From an uncultured Leptospirales bacterium (lineage in GTDB: Bacteria > Spirochaetota > UBA4802 > UBA5550), in NCBI GenBank assembly GCA_964625825.1, contig CAZVFJ010000003.1, positions 1 to 41,231 of the forward strand: a stretch of 41,231 nt of DNA, in the 5' to 3' direction. Both the position numbers and the translations under genes were made by a program. Positions 27,545 through 36,600 of this stretch are shown here, piece after piece. The notes beneath the pieces are model-generated. The model saw only the letters and a list, made by a program, of their open reading frames with translations. It had not been told where the DNA came from and did not search any database. The first letter of the stretch is position 1, and each line of letters begins with the position of its first letter.

Positions 27545-30190
27545 ATGCAGCTTCCCTCCACCTATGAACCTAAAGATGTAGAAAACAAGTGGTATGAGCA
27601 CTGGGAAAAGAAGGGCTATTTTCATGCAGATGTAAATGATGGTAGAGAGCCATTTTCAATAGTAATTCCCCCTCCTAATGTGACAGGAAATCTCCACATG
27701 GGCCATGCTCTTAATAACACGCTTCAGGATATTCTTGCCAGATGGCAGAGGATGAAAGGGAAGTCTGTCCTCTGGATGCCCGGTATGGACCATGCCGGTA
27801 TTGCCACACAGAATGTGGTTGAAAGGCTTCTTGCCTCTGAAGGGAAGAACAAGCATGATCTGGGGCGCGAGGCTTTTGAAAAGAGGGTATGGGATTGGAA
27901 GGCTCATTCCGGCGGACAGATACAGGGACAGCTCAGGAGCCTCGGATCGTCGTTAGACTGGCAGAGAGAGAGGTTTACTCTTGATGAGGGACTTTCACGC
28001 GCTGTGCGAAAGGTGTTTGTAACTCTGTATAATGAAGGGCTCATATACCAGGGATACAGAATAATCAACTGGTGCCCGCGTTGTGAAACAGCACTCTCGG
28101 ACATTGAAACTGAGTACAGGGAGCTTGACGGCAATCTCTGGCATATAAAATATCCCGTAAAGGGGAGCGATGAATTTATCGTTGTCGCAACAACCCGTCC
28201 GGAAACTATGCTTGGTGATACAGGCGTTGCGATCAATCCGGAGGATGAGAGAAACAGCCGCTTTGTCGGGAAAACTGTGATATTACCGTTAATGAACAGG
28301 GAAATTCCGGTATTCGCTGACAGTTATGTTGATAAGGAGTTTGGTTCAGGTTTTGTGAAGGTAACTCCTGCTCATGACCCGAATGACTTCGACATGGGGA
28401 AAAGGCATAATCTCGAAGAAGTAATTATTATGGATGAGCACGCTGTGATAAATGAAAACGGCGGTGTGTATAAAGGGCTCGACAGATATGAGGCACGCAA
28501 GAGAGTGGTTGCCGATCTTGAAAAACTCGGTCTCCTCGAAAAGGTAGAAAAGCATGTTCATTCTGTGGGGCACTGTTACAGGTGCAATACTGTCATAGAA
28601 CCTTATCTTTCAAAGCAGTGGTTTGTTAAGATTAAGCCCCTTGCCGATGAAGCTATTAAAGTCGTTGAAGATGGCAGGATACGTTTTGTTCCGGGGAACT
28701 GGGCAAAGACCTACTTTGAGTGGATGTATAACATAAGGGACTGGTGTATTTCAAGGCAGCTCTGGTGGGGACACAGGATCCCGGCTTTTTACTGTGCTGA
28801 TTGCGGAGAGATAACCGTTACTATGGAAGACCCGGTTGTCTGTTCAAAGTGCGGTTCAAAAAATATTAAACAGGATGAGGATGTTCTCGATACATGGTTC
28901 TCTTCGGCATTATGGCCGTTTTCCACAATGGGGTGGCCTGATAATACTCCGGAGCTTAAGAAGTATTACCCTACAAGCGTACTTATAACGGGATTTGACA
29001 TTATTTTTTTCTGGGTCGCAAGGATGATCATGACAGGCGTCAGATTTATGGACGAGATTCCTTTTAAGGATGTCTACATCCATGCCCTTGTTCGTGACGA
29101 GCATGGACAGAAGATGAGTAAATCCAAGGGAAATGTTATAGATCCTCTCATCATGATGGACAGATATGGTACTGACGCGTTCAGATTCACTCTCGCTGCT
29201 TTTGCGGCACAGGGCAGGGATATTATCCTTTCAGAGAAGAGAATTGAGGGCTACAGGGCGTTCTGCAACAAGATATGGAATGCAACCAGGTTTATCCTTA
29301 TGAATCTCGGGGAGGAGTTTAAACCTCAGATGCCCGATCCTTTGAAGCTCGAGGTTTCTGACAGGTGGATGCTTCACACTGCTAATATGGCTGTGAAAAA
29401 TGTAAATGATGCCCTTGGAGAGTACAGGTTCAACGAAGCAGCAAATTTATTATATGAATTCTGGTGGAACGAGTTCTGTGACTGGTACCTTGAACTTGTG
29501 AAACAGAGAATATATTCAAAAGATCCTGCTGCCGGGGAATCATCAGATGCGGCCAAACAGGTGTTATATTATGTACTTGGTACAGGGCTCAGGCTTCTCC
29601 ATCCATTTATGCCTTTTATTACAGAGGAGATATGGAGCATCATAAAGAGAGATGGTGACCCGGATATCATGATAGCAGAGTGGCCTGAATATAACGCATC
29701 AATGGCCTTTGAGGATGAGGCTCAGTATATAGAAACATTTAAAGAAATTATATATAAAATACGAAATATCCGGGGGGAGATGAATATACCTCCTGATAAG
29801 AAAGCGTCGGTTGTTTTTAAAACGGAAAGTGCAGGCTTGAAAAAAATTATAAATACGGAATCAATTCATATTCAGGCCCTTGCGAAAGTGGATTCGGTTA
29901 CTGTTGATGCTGATTATACGCCGGATAAGACAGATGCCTCGGCAGTCATGTCTGACCTGGAAATTTTTCTCCCGCTCAAAGGCCTTATCGATACTGATAA
30001 AGAGAGAGCAAGGCTCGAAAAAGAGATTGCGAAGATTGCCCAGGACCTTCAGAAGGTTGAGGGCAAACTTAACAATGAAAATTTTACAGGTAAAGCCCCG
30101 GCAGATATTATAGAAAAAGAGAAAGCAAAACAGAAAGAGTACAGGGCTATGCTTGAAAAGCTGAATGAGGGCCTTTCAAAGCTTGAATAA
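27545..30190 (+). CDS. valS: valine--tRNA ligase
   Basis: HIGH motif [19 protein letters not shown] motif KMSKSKGN, a CP1 editing-domain-sized insert, and a C-terminal coiled coil. Confidence 0.95.
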   Translation: MQLPSTYEPKDVENKWYEHWEKKGYFHADVNDGREPFSIVIPPPNVTGNLHMGHALNNTLQDILARWQRMKGKSVLWMPGMDHAGIATQNVVERLLASEGKNKHDLGREAFEKRVWDWKAHSGGQIQGQLRSLGSSLDWQRERFTLDEGLSRAVRKVFVTLYNEGLIYQGYRIINWCPRCETALSDIETEYRELDGNLWHIKYPVKGSDEFIVVATTRPETMLGDTGVAINPEDERNSRFVGKTVILPLMNREIPVFADSYVDKEFGSGFVKVTPAHDPNDFDMGKRHNLEEVIIMDEHAVINENGGVYKGLDRYEARKRVVADLEKLGLLEKVEKHVHSVGHCYRCNTVIEPYLSKQWFVKIKPLADEAIKVVEDGRIRFVPGNWAKTYFEWMYNIRDWCISRQLWWGHRIPAFYCADCGEITVTMEDPVVCSKCGSKNIKQDEDVLDTWFSSALWPFSTMGWPDNTPELKKYYPTSVLITGFDIIFFWVARMIMTGVRFMDEIPFKDVYIHALVRDEHGQKMSKSKGNVIDPLIMMDRYGTDAFRFTLAAFAAQGRDIILSEKRIEGYRAFCNKIWNATRFILMNLGEEFKPQMPDPLKLEVSDRWMLHTANMAVKNVNDALGEYRFNEAANLLYEFWWNEFCDWYLELVKQRIYSKDPAAGESSDAAKQVLYYVLGTGLRLLHPFMPFITEEIWSIIKRDGDPDIMIAEWPEYNASMAFEDEAQYIETFKEIIYKIRNIRGEMNIPPDKKASVVFKTESAGLKKIINTESIHIQALAKVDSVTVDADYTPDKTDASAVMSDLEIFLPLKGLIDTDKERARLEKEIAKIAQDLQKVEGKLNNENFTGKAPADIIEKEKAKQKEYRAMLEKLNEGLSKLE

Positions 30191-30223
30191 AATCTATATA
30201 AAAAATCTGTTTCGGGAGGAAAA

Positions 30224-30940
30224 ATGAAAAAATTTTTAACATTAACCGCTTTATTACTGATTCTTACAGTGCCCGTGTTTTCATCTGCGCTGGATGATCT
30301 TCAGATGAGACCTGTCACAGCAGACAGGATTAAATGGTTCCCTGTGCCGCAGGACAATCTGAATTATATGTTTCTTCAATCTATCGGGGACGACAGTTAT
30401 ATCGTAATAGGAGATTTTTCCGGTGTTGCAAAAATCATCGTTCTTATCACGGATAATAACAACGACAATACGATTGATTCAGTAGTTGAATACTTCCCTG
30501 AAACAAAAAATTTCAGGGTAAGCAAAATTTCTGAGTCAAGATTCTTTACAACCGATATTGCGAAACTTAAGAAAGATATTATTTCAGGGACAATTTATAA
30601 TAAAAACTATACTGATGAGATGAAATCCAATGACACTCTTGAGAGCCTTTTAAAAAGGGGCAATGGAAATGCCGTATCTGAGGATGTTTACGGGGTTAAT
30701 ATCAAACTTTTTGAAGTCGATGAAATTAATAAACATTCAGCTTCTTTTGCGTATGGTAAAAGCGCAGGCGGGTATTATCTCCAGTTCAAGACAGAGTATT
30801 ACAGAAAAGATTTTAAGACTGAAAAGAGACCGGTTCTTGGTTATTCTGTTTACTGCAGGGACAGTAACGATCCTGTGGTAAAGGAGGCTGTCGAAAATCT
30901 TTTTAAGATAAAGTCCCCAAAGGTCTTATCCATAAAATAG
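30224..30940 (+). CDS. hypothetical secreted protein
   Basis: Signal peptide MKKFLTLTALLLILTVPVFSSAL, with GGAGG upstream. I recognise no domain. Confidence 0.55.
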   Translation: MKKFLTLTALLLILTVPVFSSALDDLQMRPVTADRIKWFPVPQDNLNYMFLQSIGDDSYIVIGDFSGVAKIIVLITDNNNDNTIDSVVEYFPETKNFRVSKISESRFFTTDIAKLKKDIISGTIYNKNYTDEMKSNDTLESLLKRGNGNAVSEDVYGVNIKLFEVDEINKHSASFAYGKSAGGYYLQFKTEYYRKDFKTEKRPVLGYSVYCRDSNDPVVKEAVENLFKIKSPKVLSIK

Positions 30941-30953
30941 TACCACCGATGTA

Positions 30954-30978
30954 TCTCCCCCATGTGAAATGGGGGAGA
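30954..30978. terminator. GC-rich hairpin between convergent genes (no U-tract on either strand)
   Basis: TCTCCCCCA TGTGAAA TGGGGGAGA, a 9-bp perfect stem. Confidence 0.35.
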
Positions 30979-30995
30979 ACAAAATATTCTAAAAG

Positions 30996-31484
30996 CTAAA
31001 GCTTGCAGTTCAACTTCCCCATTTCAATAGCGTGCAGTCTTGCTTCTTTTCTCTGCTGAGCTTCGCAGTTTCTTCTCTTCTCATCATCTGTTTCAGGAAT
31101 AATTTGAGGTATCTTTCTCGGTTTTAAATTTTCATCAAGAGAAACGAATGTCATGTATGCTGACCCGGTATGACGAATTTCTCCAGTTACGACATTCTCA
31201 CTTTCAACGCGTACTCCTATTTCCATGGACTTTGTTCCTACAAAATTCACGCTGGCGATGACCCTGAGAAGATCTCCCACAAATACCGGATAGTGGAAGT
31301 CGAGCCTGTCAATAGAAGCTGTTACCACATTTCCCCCTGTATGCCTGACGCCGACAATGCCGGCCGTGTTATCTATAAGCTTCATAATAGTTCCGCCATG
31401 AACATTTCCCGCGAGGTTTGCGTCCTGCGGCATCATCTGCTGAACTACTGTAATGCTGCTTTCTTTTACTGTTTTACTTTCCAT
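30996..31484 (-). CDS. acyl-CoA thioesterase (hotdog fold, YciA/acyl-CoA hydrolase type)
   Basis: MPQDANLAGNVHGGTIMKLIDNTAGI is the family signature. GGAGG lies 8 nt upstream of the ATG. Confidence 0.85.
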   Translation of the reverse strand: MESKTVKESSITVVQQMMPQDANLAGNVHGGTIMKLIDNTAGIVGVRHTGGNVVTASIDRLDFHYPVFVGDLLRVIASVNFVGTKSMEIGVRVESENVVTGEIRHTGSAYMTFVSLDENLKPRKIPQIIPETDDEKRRNCEAQQRKEARLHAIEMGKLNCKL

Positions 31485-31532
31485 AATAATTTCCTCCGCA
31501 ATAATTAACTGTGATGAGCAGGATGTCTCGAA

Positions 31533-31570
31533 AACATTAGAATTTTAATTTTATATAAAATTCTAATGTT
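31533..31570. repeat. 15-bp perfect inverted repeat; candidate terminator of the A2M cluster or operator of the thioesterase gene
   Basis: AACATTAGAATTTTA (31533-31547), an 8-nt spacer, then TAAAATTCTAATGTT (31556-31570). It lies about 50-85 nt upstream of the thioesterase ATG and about 175 nt downstream of the penicillin-binding-fold module. Confidence 0.6.
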
Positions 31571-31743
31571 TAATAATATTTAGAGTTTTAGGAAGTGTCA
31601 AATTTTTTGATAAATTATTTAAGTTTTATTAATTAAGGTGTTTCTGGGGAAAAATTTTATATTTTATTTTTAAAAATTAATTGGTCCTGGAGTTGCTGAA
31701 AATTTTTGGCAATTTAATAGAATGTGAAGATGAATGTATGTTA

Positions 31744-32510
31744 TTATTGATAAATTTCTTTTTTTAAAAGCATGGCAGATATGTGAGCTGCGTCCGTCCC
31801 TTTTCCTTTTCTGACCAGGGTTATTATTCCTGTATCTCCCGATCCTCCAGTAAATATACCGTAAGAGAAATGTGAATTTGTCCCGGAGATTACTGTACCT
31901 GTCTTTCCCCAGATGCCGGATGGCAAAACTCTCAGTGATGGATTTTTAATAAGATCTTTTTCTGTTATCTTCGCGGTACCATTCAGAAATGTTTTATGAA
32001 GGGCCTCTGATATTACCTCCATCGCCTCTGACGGTATTCTGTTACTTCTATGCATGTTGTGAATATACATGGATATTTTAATTAAATCTCTGATGGAGAT
32101 ATCTATTCTGAAGTCAAGTCCTGGAAGAATTTCACACCACTCCTTTTCGTCTTTAATATGCCGTTTTCTTCTGTAAAATTTCTGAACCATCTTTTAAAAT
32201 CATCGCGGTCAATTTTATCGTGAAGAGATGCGAAGTAGAGATTGCATGAATTATATATTGCGCTGCTTATATTCATCTCGCCGTGACCTTTTTTTTCCCA
32301 GCAATACTCCGGCAAAGGAAAATTATTATGTATGCCGCATGTAAATTTATAATTAAAGAAAAGGTCTCTTCTTTCCTGTGCGAGGTAGAAAACTGTAAAA
32401 AGTTTAAACAGGGAACCGCATGGAATTCTTCTCTCCAGTAAACCGGGACCGGTTGATGTATACCGGATGTCACCATTATCTATGTTACATATTGAAAGGT
32501 CTGACTTTTT
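31744..32510 (-). pseudogene. penicillin-binding (transpeptidase/beta-lactamase-fold) module, split over three reading frames with no start codon or signal peptide of its own
   Basis: All three PBP motifs occur in order but in shifted frames. GSLFK (SxxK, 32403-32414) and NSCNLYF (SxN, 32241-32249) lie in the frame of ORF 32103..32315; that frame is open upstream to 32510 without ATG, GTG or TTG. GKTGT (KTG, 31897-31905) lies in ORF 31744..32190. Each downstream frame is -1 relative to the preceding one. Confidence 0.7.
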
Positions 32511-33697
32511 TCATCAGATGTAATATATTTTAAATTTGGGTAGTAGTGTTCCAGAATTTCGTATCGGGAGTAACCCTTAGATGCGAGCTCAATGGCTCCA
32601 TCTAAACTCATCCCTGTACAGTGCCCAAGCCCTGAACCTGTAAATATAAAAGTTATACCATCTCTGCGAATGGAGTAATTATTACTTTTAATGAAGTTCC
32701 AACCCTTTTTCCTGTTTATTTTTAAACGGAAATCCTCCGGAGCGATTATATTTTCGCCACTGTCAGTTTGAATAAATATAATTTCATTTTCAGTATTAAA
32801 TTTTATATCACGAAGAGTTTCTCTCCCGCCAGAAAAAATTAAGGCTGATAGTTCATCTGTTGCGATCCTCGCTTCCCATGTTGTATGAAGGGTTCGGCTC
32901 AACTTCAGATTTTCGGAATAAAGTATATCAACAGGGGGCTTGATTTTTCTCACTCCGGAGTTGAATACAGATTCAGAGAAGAGTTTTCCTCCGCTTGATG
33001 AATGAAAGAAGAGGCCGCAGTTAAGGTTTTTTATATCTATAAAGGGTCCGCTTATCGGATTCAGTCCGCTTCTTCCTTGATATGACTGGCAACAAGTGAG
33101 GTCGCAGAAGTCGCAATCTTTATGCTTTTTTTTTAGAGATTCTATTCGGCACCTTCCATGTATTGCAAGTGCAAGAGCGTAGAGTGCCTCGTGGTTTTTT
33201 TTATCCAGGTATCCGAATTCAGCACATGATGAATCGATAGCATATTGTTCAATATTCTCTGTTATATATATTTTAAGCGAGTTATTATAATGAATTAATT
33301 CAAGAGGGAGAGGATATGTTCTCTTATTTCCTTTAATTTCTGTCCGGAAAGAACCGTCTGTTGTGCTGGAATAAATAATACAATTTTTGAAATATAGCGG
33401 GCGGTTTTTTGCAGATATATTATAATGTCCGCCGGAATATATGATTTTAAGAGAAGAAGTATATAACTCCGAATCATCATACCTTATCACTGTACCGGAA
33501 GGGAACGTGAAGTTGAGCTCTCCTGCCCCGATATCACTCATCCGGCGCAGATGTTTTGAAAGAATATTTATTTTTATCGAACCGGTTTTTGTGTTCTGGG
33601 AGAATGTCTCCGTCCCTTGTGGGATAAGGGTAATTATTACTGTGATGATGAGGGGGATGAAAATCCCCCTCATGAAATTTTTAATCATTATTGACAT
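32480..33697 (-). CDS. SpoIID/LytB-domain protein (lytic-transglycosylase-type fold), membrane-anchored or secreted
   Basis: N-terminal hydrophobic segment IFIPLIITVIITLIP. SpoIID hallmarks: EALYALALAIHGRCRI, DFCDLTCCQSYQG, FFHSSSGGKLFSE, and GSGLGHCTGMSLDGAIELASKGYSRYEILEHYYPN. The start is uncertain (ATG at 33697, 33688 or 33673) and overlaps or abuts the A2M stop at 33681. Confidence 0.8.
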   Translation of the reverse strand: MSIMIKNFMRGIFIPLIITVIITLIPQGTETFSQNTKTGSIKINILSKHLRRMSDIGAGELNFTFPSGTVIRYDDSELYTSSLKIIYSGGHYNISAKNRPLYFKNCIIYSSTTDGSFRTEIKGNKRTYPLPLELIHYNNSLKIYITENIEQYAIDSSCAEFGYLDKKNHEALYALALAIHGRCRIESLKKKHKDCDFCDLTCCQSYQGRSGLNPISGPFIDIKNLNCGLFFHSSSGGKLFSESVFNSGVRKIKPPVDILYSENLKLSRTLHTTWEARIATDELSALIFSGGRETLRDIKFNTENEIIFIQTDSGENIIAPEDFRLKINRKKGWNFIKSNNYSIRRDGITFIFTGSGLGHCTGMSLDGAIELASKGYSRYEILEHYYPNLKYITSDEKSQTFQYVT

Positions 33698-36600
33698 CAA
33701 TTATCGCGGGCTGGCTCCATCCCTGGATTGAGTCCTCATACATGCAGCTTATTCTTGATGGCCTCATTATGAAACTCCCCGGAAGTTCGGCGCGTATTGT
33801 GTATGCAACCTCGTACTCTTTCCCTTTTTCAACATCAGTGAAAAAGAAAACCATCCGGTTGTCGCGCTTCTCAACGTGTGAGTACGGCTGGAATTCGTTG
33901 TATGCAGACTCGTTAACCACTTCAAATCCTGAAGGGAGAAAATCTTCAAGTATCAAAAACCCGAAACTGTCATCCGCCCTGAACTTAACGCGGACAAGGA
34001 GTTCATCCCCGACAGATATTTTCCCCTTTTCATCTGCGCTTTGTGGTACAAGGTATTCCTGCATCTTAATGTCCTTGATTCTGTTGAGGTAGAACATGTC
34101 TCTCCTCGCCGTGATTCCGTTTGAGAGTGAACGTATACTCCTTTTTTCTGATTTGATGAACGCGAAGAGCCCCTGCGGCTTGAAGTAGAGAGTGCCGCTG
34201 ACAGCCGCAGAGAATACAGATCCATCAGGAAGGTCTCCGTCAGCTTTCAGTTTATATGAATTATTTTTACTGTCACGTGAAAGAGAAAATGTTTTTGAAA
34301 GCTGGTCCAGATTTCTGTTCGCTTTGAGGTTATATGAAATATCGCCAAGCTTATTTCCATTCAGTGAAAATTTTGTTTTTCCCTCGGTGCTGAATTCTGT
34401 GCTTCTCCCTTTCAGATAGTCGCATAACGCCAGGATTATTGTGCCGCTTTCCTTTGTTGAGCTCCAGCATTCGCCGTTAAAGCTCCGGGCCAGCGCCCCA
34501 ACAGCCTGCGGTGCAAGGTCGGAGGTGTCTCCCGCAAGGGTAAGCGCGGAGAGGACATGGGCAGTAATCTCACTCCTTCCTCCGGGCCATAACCATTTCT
34601 GTTCCCTGGTTTCAGGCCAGTATATTCCAGCTGAATCTTTCCTGGCATTCCGGGATATTTTATTTTTTAGAATTCCGGTTGCCTCTGAAATTTCACGGAC
34701 TTCATAATCAGGGAGTTTATCCGCTCCCGAAAAAACTGAAACTGCCTTGAGAAGATTTGCAGCCTGGTATGAATTTATCTTTTCATCAAAAGCGATCCGT
34801 TTGAATGAAGCGTGCTCCCATCTCTGGTAGAGCGCGTTAATGTACACAAGGTAAGAAAGCTCATCATTGTTACTCTTCCCCTGATCTTCAAAGAATCTTG
34901 CAACTGCCGCAAGCCCCTGTTCCATAGTGCCGGCATTTACACCGTAACCGTTTTCTTTCAGGTAAAAAAGCGAGAAGAGCGCATAGCCTGTCAGGTACCC
35001 GTTACCCCTGTCTCCGTCCCACCAGCCCCATGTGCCGTCATAATTCTGTCCTGCTTCAATTTTTTTAATACCCTCCGGGATGTCATTTTTAATATCAGCC
35101 TTAAGCTTATCAGGGATAAAGTCAGAGTATTCCTTATTTTTGAGAAGAGCAAGTACCGCCAGTTTCGGGATAAACCTGTTTATTGTCTGTTCTATGCATC
35201 CGTACGGGTAGTCGTTGAGATATTCAGCGGCTTTGATCATCTGAAGTACGGGTGATGGTGTGAGAGTGACTGTAACCTCTTCCGGGACAAACTCAAAGTC
35301 TTCGGTCCCTTTTACAGGTTTGATTTCGATCTCTCCTCCTGTGGCTGCATTGCCTGAACCCGTGATGACGTATTTAATTCCTCTCTTTTCAACAGGGATA
35401 GTATGTTTAACAGTATCTCCCTTTTTGTCTTTTGTTAGGGCGGAATATTCAAGTGATATTAAATCCTTTCCCTCCGGTATATCCAGAGTATAAAATTTTC
35501 TCGTGGAGCCGTACCCTGTGAGACTCACAGGAAAATCTTTGTCAGGAGCAATACTTTTCCCGTCAGCCTTAAGCTCGGTGGTAATTTTTTCTATTCCTGA
35601 ATCTGTATTGTTATTTATTATCCCGATAATTCCGGCTCTGTCCCCTTCAATAAGAAACCTGGGTTTACCTATGCGGGCGATAAGGTCCTGCGTTGAGATA
35701 AATTTTTTCCTTGCCTCACCCATGCGTCCTGCGAGATCGTGGCCCCGCGCGGTGAGCCTCCATGTTGTGAGGTTGTCGGGAACCCTGAACGAGATCTCCG
35801 CTTCGCCATTTCTGTCAGTCTTAATCCCCGCCTCCCAGAATGCTGTGTCTTTAAAATCCTCCCTTACTTTCACCTGGGCATCCTTTCCTGCGCCAGCGAG
35901 CAAAGTAATAGGGTAGGAGTAAGTTGTGAGTACCCAGTTGGAAATTTTTGAGTAGAAATATCCGGAAATTTCAGGAGTCCTGTCTGAACGTACCATGAAG
36001 ATCGATTCGTCAACAGCAGCAAGAGAAATGTCAGCCGAAACAGGTGTGCCTTTAAGATCCCCGGCTTTCACCTTTATTTTGACAGTATCTCCGGGTGAAT
36101 ACTTCTCTTTGTCGGGAGTAAGTATCAGATTAAGCCTTACATCGTCTACAGGGAGAGTTACTTCTTTTTCCGCAATATGGAGGGCTCTGCCACGCTGCAT
36201 CGCGCATCGGACAAAGAGGTTCGGGGCGAGCTTTGTGTCTATGTTAAATTTTACAGGAATGATGTTTTTTGTCATCTTTATTACCTGGTATTCGTAAACA
36301 TCTCTGCCTTCCAGGGTAACGAGAACATAGGAATCAGTGAATCTGCTTTTTATCAGACATGTTATTTCACCGGCTTTGTCGAGTTCAGTTTTATTTACAG
36401 TAAGTTCCAGGTCTTTCAGCTTTGAGTCGGCATTTCCGCCTGCGTCGTTGTATATCCAGATTATCTTTGAACCTGTAATTACGTTGCCCCTGCTGTCTTT
36501 TCCTGACGCGGTGAGATCAAACTCCCCATATGCGGTAAAGTCGGAGGGGAGAGTGATTACAGTTTTTCCGGCTGAGTCAGTTGTTACTTTTCGTGTGAAG

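Noticed and set aside
32506-32511. Programmed -1 ribosomal frameshifting at the A6 tract joining the SpoIID and PBP-fold frames.
   Set aside because: AAAAAAG is present but out of phase. The zero frame reads GAA AAA AGT, not A AAA AAG, so only a single-tRNA slip is possible. I saw no obvious downstream stimulatory hairpin. A second -1 shift is also required 350 nt later at a site without any slippery heptamer. Mutational decay or indels are more parsimonious.
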